Below are positions 8,963 through 18,929 of a stretch of DNA of 64,000 nt, one piece after another. The position numbers were made by a program, and so were the translations under genes. Origin of the DNA: Phycisphaerae bacterium (GTDB lineage: Bacteria; Planctomycetota; Phycisphaerae; UBA1845); contig CAXXGO010000006.1 of the NCBI GenBank assembly GCA_963666835.2, positions 1,728,001 through 1,792,000 of the forward strand, given 5' to 3'. Below the pieces are notes generated by a model that worked only from the letters and a program-made list of their open reading frames with translations, was not told where the DNA came from and searched no databases. Position 1 is the stretch's first letter, and each line of letters opens with the position of its first letter.

Positions 8963-9442
8963 ATGGATGATCAGCTCGCAGAGCGTATTCAGCCGTTGAA
9001 GGTCATCATCTTGGCGATGGCCGGCGGGATGGTTGCGTTTGCCGTCGTGGCTGCGGTAGTCGCTAATGGCGAGTCCTTCAAGCCCGATGAGAAGGCCGGG
9101 CCGTTGCTGCTCGGAGTCCTCGGTCTATTGGCGGCAGGGGAATCGGTGGCATACGTTGTTCTTCGGCATGTGGTTCTGGCGAAGCTGAAGGCTCAGGAAC
9201 ATGGGGGCTCGTCGGCCGACCCGGCCAGTCGGATAGGCGAGGGCTTCAGCACGTTGACCATCATAGGCGGGGCCATGGCCGAGGGACTGGGCCTTTTCGG
9301 CGTTGTTATCTACTTGATCAGCGGCAACGCCTGGGGATTGGCGGCGGCGGGCGGGGCGCTCTTGGCAGTGCTGGCGCAGTTTCCCACACGCGCGCGGATT
9401 CGGTCCTTTACTTCGGCTGTTAGCGGGCAAATGGAGTTGTGA
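8963..9442 (+). CDS. Hypothetical membrane protein (about 4 TM helices)
   Basis: Purine-rich RBS, four hydrophobic segments and a C-terminal FPTR motif. Confidence 0.75.
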   Translation: MDDQLAERIQPLKVIILAMAGGMVAFAVVAAVVANGESFKPDEKAGPLLLGVLGLLAAGESVAYVVLRHVVLAKLKAQEHGGSSADPASRIGEGFSTLTIIGGAMAEGLGLFGVVIYLISGNAWGLAAAGGALLAVLAQFPTRARIRSFTSAVSGQMEL

Positions 9443-9835
9443 CGGCGGAACTTTGTGGCGCTTGGAGGGCGGGGGCGGGTTGCCGGCACCGACAACGCCA
9501 ACTGGGAATACGGGGGCCATGGGTCTGAGGGCCGCACGCACCGTTTGGCCTGCCGACCATTTCTTCTTGCCTAATGTCGGCTGGCTGCGAAGGCCCCGGA
9601 CACCACGTGCGAAACCGTGCAGGCTCTGCAATTGTTCTTGAAATCCGCACCCTGTTCAGTACAATTGACTCTCTCATCTGCGGGCCGGGGTAGATCTCGG
9701 CGCGCGATGGTGGTCGTATCAACTCGGCCTATCACTGTTGATAGTCGCCGGGGAAGCTGGTGCCGTATGCGATCGGGAGGCGCATCCGCGCATTTTGGCA
9801 TGTTCTGACAACACGGTCGGTCGGGGAGGTCGAGA

Positions 9836-11572
9836 ATGGATCGGGAGACTATTAGCGTAGCCTGCGGGTGCGGCGAGAGGCTTGGGTTTCCGGTATCGCG
9901 TGTCGGTAAACCGGCCAATTGTCCGGCGTGTAACCGCGGGATTCTGATCTTGGGAGAGGTGGACGCCGATGCCCGCGTTGCGCACGGGGCTTTGACGATC
10001 GTCAGCGGCCCCGGTGCGGTCGGAGAACAGCTTTGCCTTGTCGGCACGTCGGTTGTGGAGATTGGAAAACTGCCCGGATTGGGGCTGCGACTCAATGGGA
10101 AGCAGGTCTCTCGGAGACACTGCCGTCTCGTTCCTGTTGGTACGAACTGGCGCATCGAGGACAACAACAGCACTAACGGGCTGTTCGTAAACGAAGAGCG
10201 TGTAATCCGACACGATCTGTCGCACGGCGATTTGGTCCGCGTTGGTGATTACGAGCTGAGCTATATCAGTGCGGTTCGCGCCGGGCGGGATTCGGCCGGA
10301 TTAGACGATTCCAGCGCCGATGATGAGGGCGAGATCGAGACCTACGCCTTGGGCGGCAACCTCGGGGATCTGTATGCCCTTGCGGAGGGCGGCGAAGTAA
10401 TCGCAGAGCCCGAGCCATCTCACGACGGTAAGGACGCGTCCGTACCCGAAGAGGACGTGATATGCCCATCCTGCGAGAGGCGGATGAGGCCCGGGACGCA
10501 GATCTGCGTTGATTGCGGGATCGAAATCAAGACCGGCCGGAGCATAATCACCTCGCAACAAACCAATCTGGACGACATCTACGCCGGGGCGGAGGGCGTG
10601 ATTGGCTGGGCGAGTTGGCTGTTTCCGATCGGGCTATATCCGATCGCATCGGAGGCTTTCGGTTTGCGGAAGCCCTATGCTACGCGGGCAATCGCGATCA
10701 TCACCATTTTGGTAAGCGCGTGGTTCCTGGCGTACGAATGGTCCGGCTCTCCGCGGATGCAGACTATGAAGAACCTCATGCTCTGGCCGGCCGAGGGCGA
10801 GCTACCTGCCAGAGAATTAGCCGGCTGGTATGCCTATACCGGATACGGTGACAACGACGCTTTTCTCGAGGCGTGCTACATTCTGGAGGAGCGGGATCCG
10901 GAACTCACCGAAAACGAGATTGTCGTAGCGGCCCATCAGGCCCTTCGACCTGATCAGCAAGTCGTAGGCCGGTATCGCACTTCGCAACTGCTCACCCATG
11001 CATTCTTGCACGGCGGCCCGATGCACTTGATCGCGAATTTGATCTTCCTGCTGGTTTTCGGCTCTCGTGTTAATGCTCTCGTCGGCAACACGATGACCGT
11101 TTTGACCTACCCCGTGTTGGCGGCGATTGCGGGTCTGGCCTACTTGGCTTCAATACAAGGCGAACCGCCCACGCCGATGCTCGGTGCCTCCGGGGCGATC
11201 ATGGGGCTTGCCGGTATGTACTTCGTGTTCTTCCCCATGCACAAGGTACACATGGCCGCCTGGGCGCGGTGGGGGATCTTGGTCGGGTTCCACCTGTCGC
11301 TCAAGATGTGGTCGGTACGGGGGTTCTGGGTGGTACTGTTCTATATAGCGGTTGACATCTTCATGACGGCGCAAGGCGTCGACGACGGCACCGCCCATTG
11401 GGCGCATATCGGCGGTTTCGGAATCGGGGTTGCGGTGGGTCTGATTCTGCTGCTCACCCGTTCGGTGAACGGTCGCGGGGGCGATATTGTCTCGGCGTTG
11501 CTCGGCAAGACTGCTTGGCTGCTCGTGGGTCGCCCGCGCCAGGACGGCGGATTCGTCCAAACGCTTCCGTAG
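9836..11572 (+). CDS. Rhomboid intramembrane serine protease with N-terminal Zn-finger, FHA domain and Zn-ribbon
   Basis: CGCG...CPAC; FHA motifs IG, VSRRHC, STNGLFVN; CPSC...CVDCG; rhomboid motifs FLHGG.MHLIAN, GASGAI and HIGGF. Confidence 0.9.
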   Translation: MDRETISVACGCGERLGFPVSRVGKPANCPACNRGILILGEVDADARVAHGALTIVSGPGAVGEQLCLVGTSVVEIGKLPGLGLRLNGKQVSRRHCRLVPVGTNWRIEDNNSTNGLFVNEERVIRHDLSHGDLVRVGDYELSYISAVRAGRDSAGLDDSSADDEGEIETYALGGNLGDLYALAEGGEVIAEPEPSHDGKDASVPEEDVICPSCERRMRPGTQICVDCGIEIKTGRSIITSQQTNLDDIYAGAEGVIGWASWLFPIGLYPIASEAFGLRKPYATRAIAIITILVSAWFLAYEWSGSPRMQTMKNLMLWPAEGELPARELAGWYAYTGYGDNDAFLEACYILEERDPELTENEIVVAAHQALRPDQQVVGRYRTSQLLTHAFLHGGPMHLIANLIFLLVFGSRVNALVGNTMTVLTYPVLAAIAGLAYLASIQGEPPTPMLGASGAIMGLAGMYFVFFPMHKVHMAAWARWGILVGFHLSLKMWSVRGFWVVLFYIAVDIFMTAQGVDDGTAHWAHIGGFGIGVAVGLILLLTRSVNGRGGDIVSALLGKTAWLLVGRPRQDGGFVQTLP

Positions 11573-11740
11573 ACGCCGCGGTAAGAAGGTGTACTCGGCC
11601 GCATTTGCCCCGCTTTGACCATCACGGGGGACGCCGTAAACTTGAGCCACGAATGTGTGCGGCCTGTGGTTCTCGCCCGGGGTGAGGATTGAGCCGGCCG
11701 GGATTGGCGCGACCCAACGATTCGGCGGGGAGTTCACACC

Positions 11741-13780
11741 ATGCGTAATACAAGCAACACCGCGGCGGGGCACCAACGATGCCTGCGTGCTCTTTTGACC
11801 GTGCTCGCCTGCCTGGCCGCCATGATGTCCACGGCCGCGATGGCTCAGAGCGAGCCGGATCCGGCGATCCATGAGGACTCTGCACAGAAGGCCACCCACG
11901 ATCCCGTTGAGACCGACCCGGTTGAACGGGTGACGCCAGTGCAAGAGCCGGCCGCTCCCACCGCCGATCAAGCGGCTGCGGCCGGCCCGGACGTCAACAA
12001 ACCCAAGGACCCGAAGGACTATGGGTGGTTGGTCATGGCCCCGGCCATCGTGGCCATTCTTCTTGCAGTGGTCACGCGTCAGGTGGTGCTGGCCCTGGTA
12101 GTCGGCGTAGTGGTGGGGGCCTACATGTTCGTACCCTGCCTTCCGCCGGTCAGCCCGTACGCTGACGCGCATTCCGTAGTCGGCGGGTTTCGTCTCGCGG
12201 CCGAGAAGTACGTCATCGGGGCAATCCATGAACCGCCCGATGAGAACGCCGCCCATATCAAGATCATGATCTTCACCCTGGTGATCGGGTTTATGGTCGG
12301 GGTGATCGGTCGCAACGGGGGCACGGCCGGATTGGTCCGAATCGTGGCCGGGCGAACGGAGTCACCGCGTCGTAGCGGACTGACCGCTTGGGCGGCCGGT
12401 CTGGTGGTGTTCTTTGATGACTACGCTAACACGATGATCGTCGGTCCGACGATGCGGTCGGCGTTCGACCGGGTCAAGCTCTCGCGGGCCAAGCTGGCCT
12501 ACATCGTAGACTCCACGGCTGCCCCGGTAGCGTCGCTTGCTCTGATCGGAACGTGGGTTGGAGCGGAGATAGGTTTCATCCAGCTTGGGCTCGACAAGAT
12601 CAGCGCGAGCGCGACTCCGGAATTCCTCCTGAACGAGCACGGCAGCATGATCGATGGCATGCACGCGTTCATCGCCAGCCTGCCGTATCGGTTTTACCCT
12701 ATTCTGGCGCTCTTTCTGGTATTCGTCATCGCCTGGACCCGGCGCGATTTCGGGCCGATGAAGCGCGCGGAAGCCCAAGCCCAAACCGGCAAAGAGGACC
12801 GCCCTTATGAGTCTGCCGCGACTGATTCCGGTTCGAACGATGCCGACCAGCCGACGCCGCGCTGGTGGCTGGGTTTGCTGCCGGTGTTGGTGCTCGTAGG
12901 AGCGACGATTGCGATATTGGCGATCACCGGATACTCCACCGCCGACGGCGAGTCGGTGATGCAGCAGTCTAAACCCTGGTGGGAGAAGGCTCAGGAGATC
13001 TTGAAGGCGGGCGATTCGTACCTCTCCATCTTCTACGGGGCGATTCTCTCGGCGCTGGTTGCCGTCGTACTGACCGCGATATCGCGATCGTGCCGCGTGC
13101 GTGACGCTGCCGACGCCGGTCTGAACGGTATGGCCCGGATGTTCCCCGCGATTGCCATCCTCATCCTGGCCTGGGCGCTCTCGGCCGTGGAGCAGGATTT
13201 GCAGCTCGGGAAAGTCGTCGGAGGTTATCTTCAGGCCGCCGAATTCCCGGCCGTGTGGATGCCGCTGTCCGTGTTCCTTTGCGCGGCCGTGGTTTCGTTC
13301 GCCACGGGAAGCTCCTGGGGGACGATGGGGATCCTGTGTCCCATCACGGTTACCGTCACGGCTAAGCTCGCCGGCGGGTTGCCGGCCGAGCAGGGGCTGC
13401 CTTTGTTCTATGCGGCCGTGGGGAGCGTATTGGCCGGGGCGATTTTCGGCGACCACTGCTCGCCGATCAGTGACACCACCGTGCTATCTTCTATTGCGGC
13501 CGGGTGCCGGCACGAGAGCCACGTCTGGACGCAGCTCCCGTATGCGTTGGTGACCGCCATTGTTGCCATGGGTCTGGGTGACGTGCTGTGCAGCGTGTAT
13601 CACCAACCGTGGTACTACGGGCTCGTCGCCGGTGCGTTGGTCTTGCTGTTGATTGTTTTCGTTTTCGGCCGCCGCCCCCAACCCGAGCCGGAGCCCGAAC
13701 CGGTGGAGCCGCCGCCCCCGTCCCGGCCACAGGGCCTGGGTATGTGGGCCCGCGCCAACCGCCCGCAAGACCCTCAATAG
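11741..13780 (+). CDS. Na+/H+ antiporter NhaC family transporter
   Basis: FFDDYAN, KLAYIVDSTAAP, SFATGSSWGT and GDHCSPISDTT motifs. Confidence 0.93.
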   Translation: MRNTSNTAAGHQRCLRALLTVLACLAAMMSTAAMAQSEPDPAIHEDSAQKATHDPVETDPVERVTPVQEPAAPTADQAAAAGPDVNKPKDPKDYGWLVMAPAIVAILLAVVTRQVVLALVVGVVVGAYMFVPCLPPVSPYADAHSVVGGFRLAAEKYVIGAIHEPPDENAAHIKIMIFTLVIGFMVGVIGRNGGTAGLVRIVAGRTESPRRSGLTAWAAGLVVFFDDYANTMIVGPTMRSAFDRVKLSRAKLAYIVDSTAAPVASLALIGTWVGAEIGFIQLGLDKISASATPEFLLNEHGSMIDGMHAFIASLPYRFYPILALFLVFVIAWTRRDFGPMKRAEAQAQTGKEDRPYESAATDSGSNDADQPTPRWWLGLLPVLVLVGATIAILAITGYSTADGESVMQQSKPWWEKAQEILKAGDSYLSIFYGAILSALVAVVLTAISRSCRVRDAADAGLNGMARMFPAIAILILAWALSAVEQDLQLGKVVGGYLQAAEFPAVWMPLSVFLCAAVVSFATGSSWGTMGILCPITVTVTAKLAGGLPAEQGLPLFYAAVGSVLAGAIFGDHCSPISDTTVLSSIAAGCRHESHVWTQLPYALVTAIVAMGLGDVLCSVYHQPWYYGLVAGALVLLLIVFVFGRRPQPEPEPEPVEPPPPSRPQGLGMWARANRPQDPQ

Positions 13781-13868
13781 TGCGGAACGCGTGATTGGAC
13801 CGGCCAGCCCGTCCTGCTGAGGGCGGCGAACGCATCGTCTCCCCGAGGATTGCGGCGGTGAAAGCCGC

Positions 13869-15320
13869 TCACGAAGGAAGGACTATCGAGATGGTAAACG
13901 TGCCGCCGTCGTTTGTGGATACCGAAACCGATCCACCAAGCAACGCAACCAGCTTCTGGCACAATGGCAGGCCCAACCCGTAGCGCTTTTCACCGCGTTC
14001 TGTCGTTCGGGCAGCATCCCCGCGCCAGAATCTGTCGAATACTCGCTCCGCATCGGTATCCGCCACTCGACTTCCCGTGTTCTCAACGCGGAACTCGACT
14101 TGGCCGGCTGTCGAGTGCAGCGCAATCTCAATCCGCCCTCCGGCGTTCGTATAGGTAGTTGCGTTATCGAAGACGTTGCTGAGCACAAGCTGTATCTTCG
14201 CACGATCAGCGGAGACGGGACACGATTCCGGCAGTCGCAACGTTACCTCGATCCGGCGCTCGATGGCACACTCGGCGAACTGCGCCCAGCATTCTCTTAC
14301 CAGTGCGACCAGATCGACGCTTTCCCACGCTACTTCAAGCTGGCTGGCGTCTGCCCGGGCGAGTTCGAGGAGATTCTCGACCAAGCGCTGCATTCGTTGG
14401 CAGATGGCCAAGGCAGTAACCATCGCCTCTCGATACCCGTGTGCGTCACGGTTTCTCGACAGCGCGACCTCGAGCGTGGAGCGCAAGCCGGCCAGCGGGG
14501 TGCGCAGCTCGTGCGCCACATCCGCGGTAAGTCCTTTCTCGCGAGCGAAGGCGGTCTCGATACGGGCAAGCAGGTCGTTAAGGCGAGTGGTGATCGGGAG
14601 AAGTTCGCCCGGAGTGTTGCTGGCCGCCAGACGGTTTGACAGGTTGGTTTCGCCGATCGAAGCGATCTCGACGGCAAGGTCTCCCACCGGCCGAAGCCCC
14701 CGGCGAACGAACCACGATAAGACGCCTACTGCCACTAGTATGGCGCCGATACAACCGCATACCAAGAGAAGCCGGAGACGGCCCAACGTAGTGTCAATCT
14801 CGATCGAATCCCAGCCGACCACCAGCATTACCGTGAATCGTCCGCGGGTGCTGCCCGGCGGAGGGGGGGCGTACCGGTCGGATCCGGTTTCGTGCTCATC
14901 CGCAATCTCCCGGCGCGGAACGAAGGTCATTCCCACGAGGCGCCCGGGCCGACCATCGGGAAGACTCACGCTCCGATACGCCGGTGAGCCGTCCGGACCA
15001 CTCAACTGATCCAGATCATCCCCGTTTAAAGACGCGGATCGCCCGAGGACCTGCTCGGGTCCGGACCAGAACTGGAAGTACTCGGCGCGTTCTGACGGGG
15101 CGAACTCGGTCAGGCCGATCTCTTCAATCTCCAAATCCAGCCTACTGCCCTCCTGCTCCACCAGCGCCGCCAGAGAGCGGGCTTTGGAGCCGAGACTCGC
15201 GTCGAACTCCGCCCAAAGCGCGGCATGTACGACCCCGTACAGTACCAAAGCGGAAACGGAGAAGACCAGCCCGGTCCCCAGGGCGGTGCCGATCACCAAT
15301 CGCGCCCGCAGCGTCTTCAT
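13869..15320 (-). CDS. Sensor histidine kinase (2 TM, HAMP, HisKA, HATPase)
   Basis: ADVAHELRTPL, NVFDNA, FDRFWRGD and GLGL motifs. The ATG overlaps the regulator stop (TGATG). Confidence 0.95.
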   Translation of the reverse strand: MKTLRARLVIGTALGTGLVFSVSALVLYGVVHAALWAEFDASLGSKARSLAALVEQEGSRLDLEIEEIGLTEFAPSERAEYFQFWSGPEQVLGRSASLNGDDLDQLSGPDGSPAYRSVSLPDGRPGRLVGMTFVPRREIADEHETGSDRYAPPPPGSTRGRFTVMLVVGWDSIEIDTTLGRLRLLLVCGCIGAILVAVGVLSWFVRRGLRPVGDLAVEIASIGETNLSNRLAASNTPGELLPITTRLNDLLARIETAFAREKGLTADVAHELRTPLAGLRSTLEVALSRNRDAHGYREAMVTALAICQRMQRLVENLLELARADASQLEVAWESVDLVALVRECWAQFAECAIERRIEVTLRLPESCPVSADRAKIQLVLSNVFDNATTYTNAGGRIEIALHSTAGQVEFRVENTGSRVADTDAERVFDRFWRGDAARTTERGEKRYGLGLPLCQKLVALLGGSVSVSTNDGGTFTISIVLPS

Positions 15321-15994
15321 CAGTCGCATCGCCCCAACATATAGCCGTGTCCCCGCCGGGTATGGATCAGCTTCGGCTGGTCCGGTTGCTCGATCTTCTT
15401 GCGCAAGTGCCCGATGTGGACGTCGACCACGTTGCTCTCCGGATCGGAGTGGAAATCGTAGATGTGCTCCCAAATGGCGGTGCGGGAGACAACCTGGCCG
15501 GCGCGGGAGGCCAGGAACTCCAGGAGGGCGTACTCGCGGGCGGAAAGGGCAATGGATTTATCGCCCCGGCGGACGGTGCGCCCCGTGGTGTCTATCTCCA
15601 GATCTTCGACGCTGATGATGGGGTCTTTGTTGTTGTAACCGCGTCGAACCAAGGCCCGAACCCGGGCGAGGAGCTCCTGGAACGCAAAGGGCTTGACCAG
15701 GTAGTCATCCGCGCCGAGGTTGAGGCCCCTGACCCGGTCTTCGACGGTGTCCCGGGCCGTCAGGATGAGGATGGGTACGGCGCAGCCCTCCTGACGCAGC
15801 CGGCCGAGGATCGTGAGCCCATCGATTCCAGGCAGCATCAAGTCGAGTACAATGACGTCGTTCTCATTCGACCGAGCGTACCACAACCCCTCCTCGCCAT
15901 GGGCCGAAGTGTCGACCGCGAAGCCCGCTTCCTCCAACCCCTGTCGGAGGGCTTCCCGAAGGGGTCTGTCGTCTTCAATAACCAGCACGCGCAT
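15320..15994 (-). CDS. OmpR-family response regulator
   Basis: VIEDD, VLDLMLPGIDG, GADDYLVKPF and winged-helix LIHTRRGHGY. Confidence 0.96.
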   Translation of the reverse strand: MRVLVIEDDRPLREALRQGLEEAGFAVDTSAHGEEGLWYARSNENDVIVLDLMLPGIDGLTILGRLRQEGCAVPILILTARDTVEDRVRGLNLGADDYLVKPFAFQELLARVRALVRRGYNNKDPIISVEDLEIDTTGRTVRRGDKSIALSAREYALLEFLASRAGQVVSRTAIWEHIYDFHSDPESNVVDVHIGHLRKKIEQPDQPKLIHTRRGHGYMLGRCD

Positions 15995-16048
15995 GACAGC
16001 AACACCTCACGATTCTAGTGCCGTCTCCAGAAAGGTCGTTCAAGATCG

Positions 16049-16131
16049 TCCCCTCTTGGCAAGGGGGGATACAGGGGGGTCCATTCGTACGGAGAAGAAC
16101 CTCCCCCAGCCCCTCCTTAGTAAGGAGGGGA
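16049..16131. repeat. Intergenic palindromic repeat pair (CCCCTC...GAGGGG type)
   Basis: CCCCTCTTGGCAAGGGGGG and CCCCTCCTTAGTAAGGAGGGGA arranged as an inverted doublet. Confidence 0.6.
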
Positions 16132-16332
16132 GGCAGAAACGCAACTAACTTCTTGGGAACAGCACGAGTATATCATCGCCAGGCACCCGATTGCAGCAAT
16201 TGGCGGGCGGCGGCCCGGACGGACTCCGGGTCCAGGCTACTCAGTCGACTCTGACCTTCCGAGCAAGCCCGATCCGGACAACTTGGTGTCACGATACCCC
16301 GCCGGTTCTGGATCCACGACGACCCATCAGTA

Positions 16333-17055
16333 TTAATCGTTATCGTATCCGTCGTCGTCATCATCCTCATCTGCATCGTCCGGCTCTTCGATTACCCGGC
16401 CGGTCGGAAGGATGACCAGCTCCTTTTCGCGCCCGTCGACTTTCGCTTCGATCTCATACAATACGATCTTCTTCTCTACTACCACGGCCGCCCGCGCACC
16501 GAGGTACTTGGCCACAGCGTCGCGAACGGCTTTCGGGGCCTTATCGAGGGGGATCGTCTCCTCAGTTTCCAGCAATGTCCCGTCTGCGGTCACCGCGGCC
16601 TCGTGCTTGGCGCCGCCTTCGGACCACTCGGCTTCGAAGATCAGGACGCCGTGCTCGTTCTCGCGCTCCGCCTCGAGGATCTTCGCACCCCGGGCGAGCT
16701 TCTGCAGTGCCATTCGAGCGGGAGCCGGGATCTGATCAAACGTGATGTCCTCGTCTTCGTCCTCGTCTTCGATCTCGCGGGCGAGCACCGTCCCGTCGGG
16801 GGCGACTTTGATCTCGGTCTCTCGCCCGTCTTTGAGGAACTCCGCTTCATAGATTGTCTTTCCGTCTTCCGTCTCACGTTCGATCTCGGTGATCTTCACG
16901 CCCTGGGCCTCTTTCAGAATCGTCGCCCTGACGGCAGGTGGCACTTGGTCGAGATTGACGTTCTCCTCACCGGTGTCGCCCGCCCACGCGGCGAACGCCA
17001 TCACGCCAACCATGCCTGACCCGATCATCAACAGCGTTGTCTTGTTTAGCGTCAT
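16333..17055 (-). CDS. Secreted PepSY-like repeat protein
   Basis: Signal peptide (AAWA) and three repeats of LDQVP.AV...I.EIERE...YEAE...DGT. It lies upstream of the regulator/kinase pair, a common arrangement. Confidence 0.85.
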   Translation of the reverse strand: MTLNKTTLLMIGSGMVGVMAFAAWAGDTGEENVNLDQVPPAVRATILKEAQGVKITEIERETEDGKTIYEAEFLKDGRETEIKVAPDGTVLAREIEDEDEDEDITFDQIPAPARMALQKLARGAKILEAERENEHGVLIFEAEWSEGGAKHEAAVTADGTLLETEETIPLDKAPKAVRDAVAKYLGARAAVVVEKKIVLYEIEAKVDGREKELVILPTGRVIEEPDDADEDDDDDGYDND

Positions 17056-17244
17056 CACGGTCTCCTTGTAAGCAGTTGTGTTCTCGGCAGCGATACCGGC
17101 CCGCGCCGAACCGGGCTACCAGTACATCACCCACGAGTATAGGAACCTATTATGAACGGACGATGAAGGGGATAGGGTTCGCTTGATGAAAACGGCACTC
17201 GCGCGAGGGCCGGCGGATTCGGAATCTCTCGAGAGCCTGAGGTC

Positions 17245-18249
17245 ATGCGTTGGTTGAAGCTGCTGCGTCACGATCCGATCGCCCCGCTGATGGCGGTCGA
17301 CATCTCGGCCATCATGTATCACGTACGCCGCGACCTGCTCGAGGAGCGCGTCCCGCCCGTTCGCCGGCTCTGGGAATCGCCCGAGGTACAACGTATTCTC
17401 CGCCGGCAGAATCCGGACGGATCGTTCGAGTACCCCGGCAAGCGCGTCGTGCCGTACCCGGCGCACCACTATCCTCTGGTCGAAACGTGGAAGCAGATCC
17501 GCTTCCTCGTAGAGCAATACGGAACGAACCGCCGCCACGAGCCTACCCGGCGAGCGGCCGAGTACCTGTTCTCCTGCCAAACCGAGGACGGCGACATCCG
17601 GGGCTTCATCGGCAACCAGTACGCCACCTATTACACCGGCGCCATACTCGGCCTTTTGATCAAGGCCGGGTATGCCGGGGATCCGCGGATAAAGAGCGGC
17701 ATGCAGTGGCTTCTGGGGATGCGGCAGGACGACGGCGGCTGGACCGTGCCGATGATCACCGTCAAACTCAGCCGGGCCCAGCAGTATAGACTGACCACTA
17801 CCGCGGCGCCGCCCATCGAACCGGATCGCGCCAAGCCCTTCTCCCACAACTGGACCGGAATGGTCCTGCGGGCGTTCGTGGCCCACTCGCGGTACCGCAA
17901 GCGAAAGTCCACGTGCGTCGCGGCCGGGCTGCTCAAGGGCCGCTTCTTCAAGCCCGACGGCTACACGTCGTACAAGTCCGCGCACTACTGGACCACGTTC
18001 GCCTACCCCTTCTGGTGGAATAATCTGGTTGCGGCCATGGATACGCTTTCGACGATCGGATTATCCGCGGACGACCGCGACATGCAGCGCGGTCTTGACT
18101 GGTTCGTGGCCCACCAACAGAAGGACGGCCTCTGGTCTCTCGATCATCGAACAGCCGGACAATCCGCAGCCCCGCCGGCCAAAGCCACCCAGATGCGCGC
18201 GTGGGTCGCCCTCGCGATCTGCCGGATTCTCCGTCGATGCTGTGGGTGA
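17245..18249 (+). CDS. Hypothetical protein with prenyltransferase/squalene-cyclase-like (QW) repeats
   Basis: RQNPDGSF, CQTEDG, RQDDGGW and QQKDGLW repeats; FAYPFWW. Confidence 0.75.
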   Translation: MRWLKLLRHDPIAPLMAVDISAIMYHVRRDLLEERVPPVRRLWESPEVQRILRRQNPDGSFEYPGKRVVPYPAHHYPLVETWKQIRFLVEQYGTNRRHEPTRRAAEYLFSCQTEDGDIRGFIGNQYATYYTGAILGLLIKAGYAGDPRIKSGMQWLLGMRQDDGGWTVPMITVKLSRAQQYRLTTTAAPPIEPDRAKPFSHNWTGMVLRAFVAHSRYRKRKSTCVAAGLLKGRFFKPDGYTSYKSAHYWTTFAYPFWWNNLVAAMDTLSTIGLSADDRDMQRGLDWFVAHQQKDGLWSLDHRTAGQSAAPPAKATQMRAWVALAICRILRRCCG

Positions 18250-18373
18250 TTGTCCGAGCGGCCCAAGGTTGACTATCTCGTGAATAGTCGAATCTGTTCG
18301 GAGAAGAGAGTCCTCACGTCGGCACCGGAGGGGACAGTCTTTATGAACGTTATGCCAACTGGGTGTCATAATA

Positions 18374-18780
18374 TAGGCATGTCTTCGCGCGACACGCGCC
18401 GTTGCGGCAGGTCTCGTGCCTCGACCTGCCCTACATGATATGCCACCTAGGTGTCATAGGTCAACTTGTTGACCCGTGGATTCGCATGTTACCGGCATGT
18501 AGGCATGTCTTCGCGCGACACGCGCCGTTGCGGCAGGTCTCGTTCCTCGACCTGCCCTACATGATATGCCACCTAGGTGTCATAGGTCAACTTGTTGACC
18601 CGTGGATTCGCATGCTACCGGCATGTAGGCATGTCTTCGCGCGTCACGCGCCGTTGCGGCAGGTCTCGTTCCTCGACCTGCCCTACGGGACATGCCACCT
18701 GGGTGTCATGGGCCAACTTGTTGGTCCGTGGAGCGGCATGCTCTCGGCATGTAGGCATATCTTGGCGCGACGGGCGCGTT
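18374..18780. repeat. Tandem array of 126-bp units, each carrying one REP (BIME-like)
   Basis: Units start at 18374, 18500, 18626 and 18752 (partial). Each full unit contains GGCAGGTCTCGT(G/T)CCTCGACCTGCCCTAC. Confidence 0.95.
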
Positions 18781-18929
18781 TGGCACATACGCCGAAGGCG
18801 TTGAACAACAAAGTCCAGGGTAAACGAACCGGCGCAGCCGCGTAAGTGCCACCCTGGGTCACCGAGCCCCCTCCAGCACCACCCCCGAAGTGGGTTGAAC
18901 AACGGCGTTTCACTGCGCTCCACCCATGG

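Noticed and set aside
18374..18780. CRISPR array (29-30-bp palindromic repeat at regular spacing)
   Set aside because: The intervening ~97-bp sequences are near-identical rather than unique, the repeat is dispersed in both orientations across the window, and no cas genes are present.
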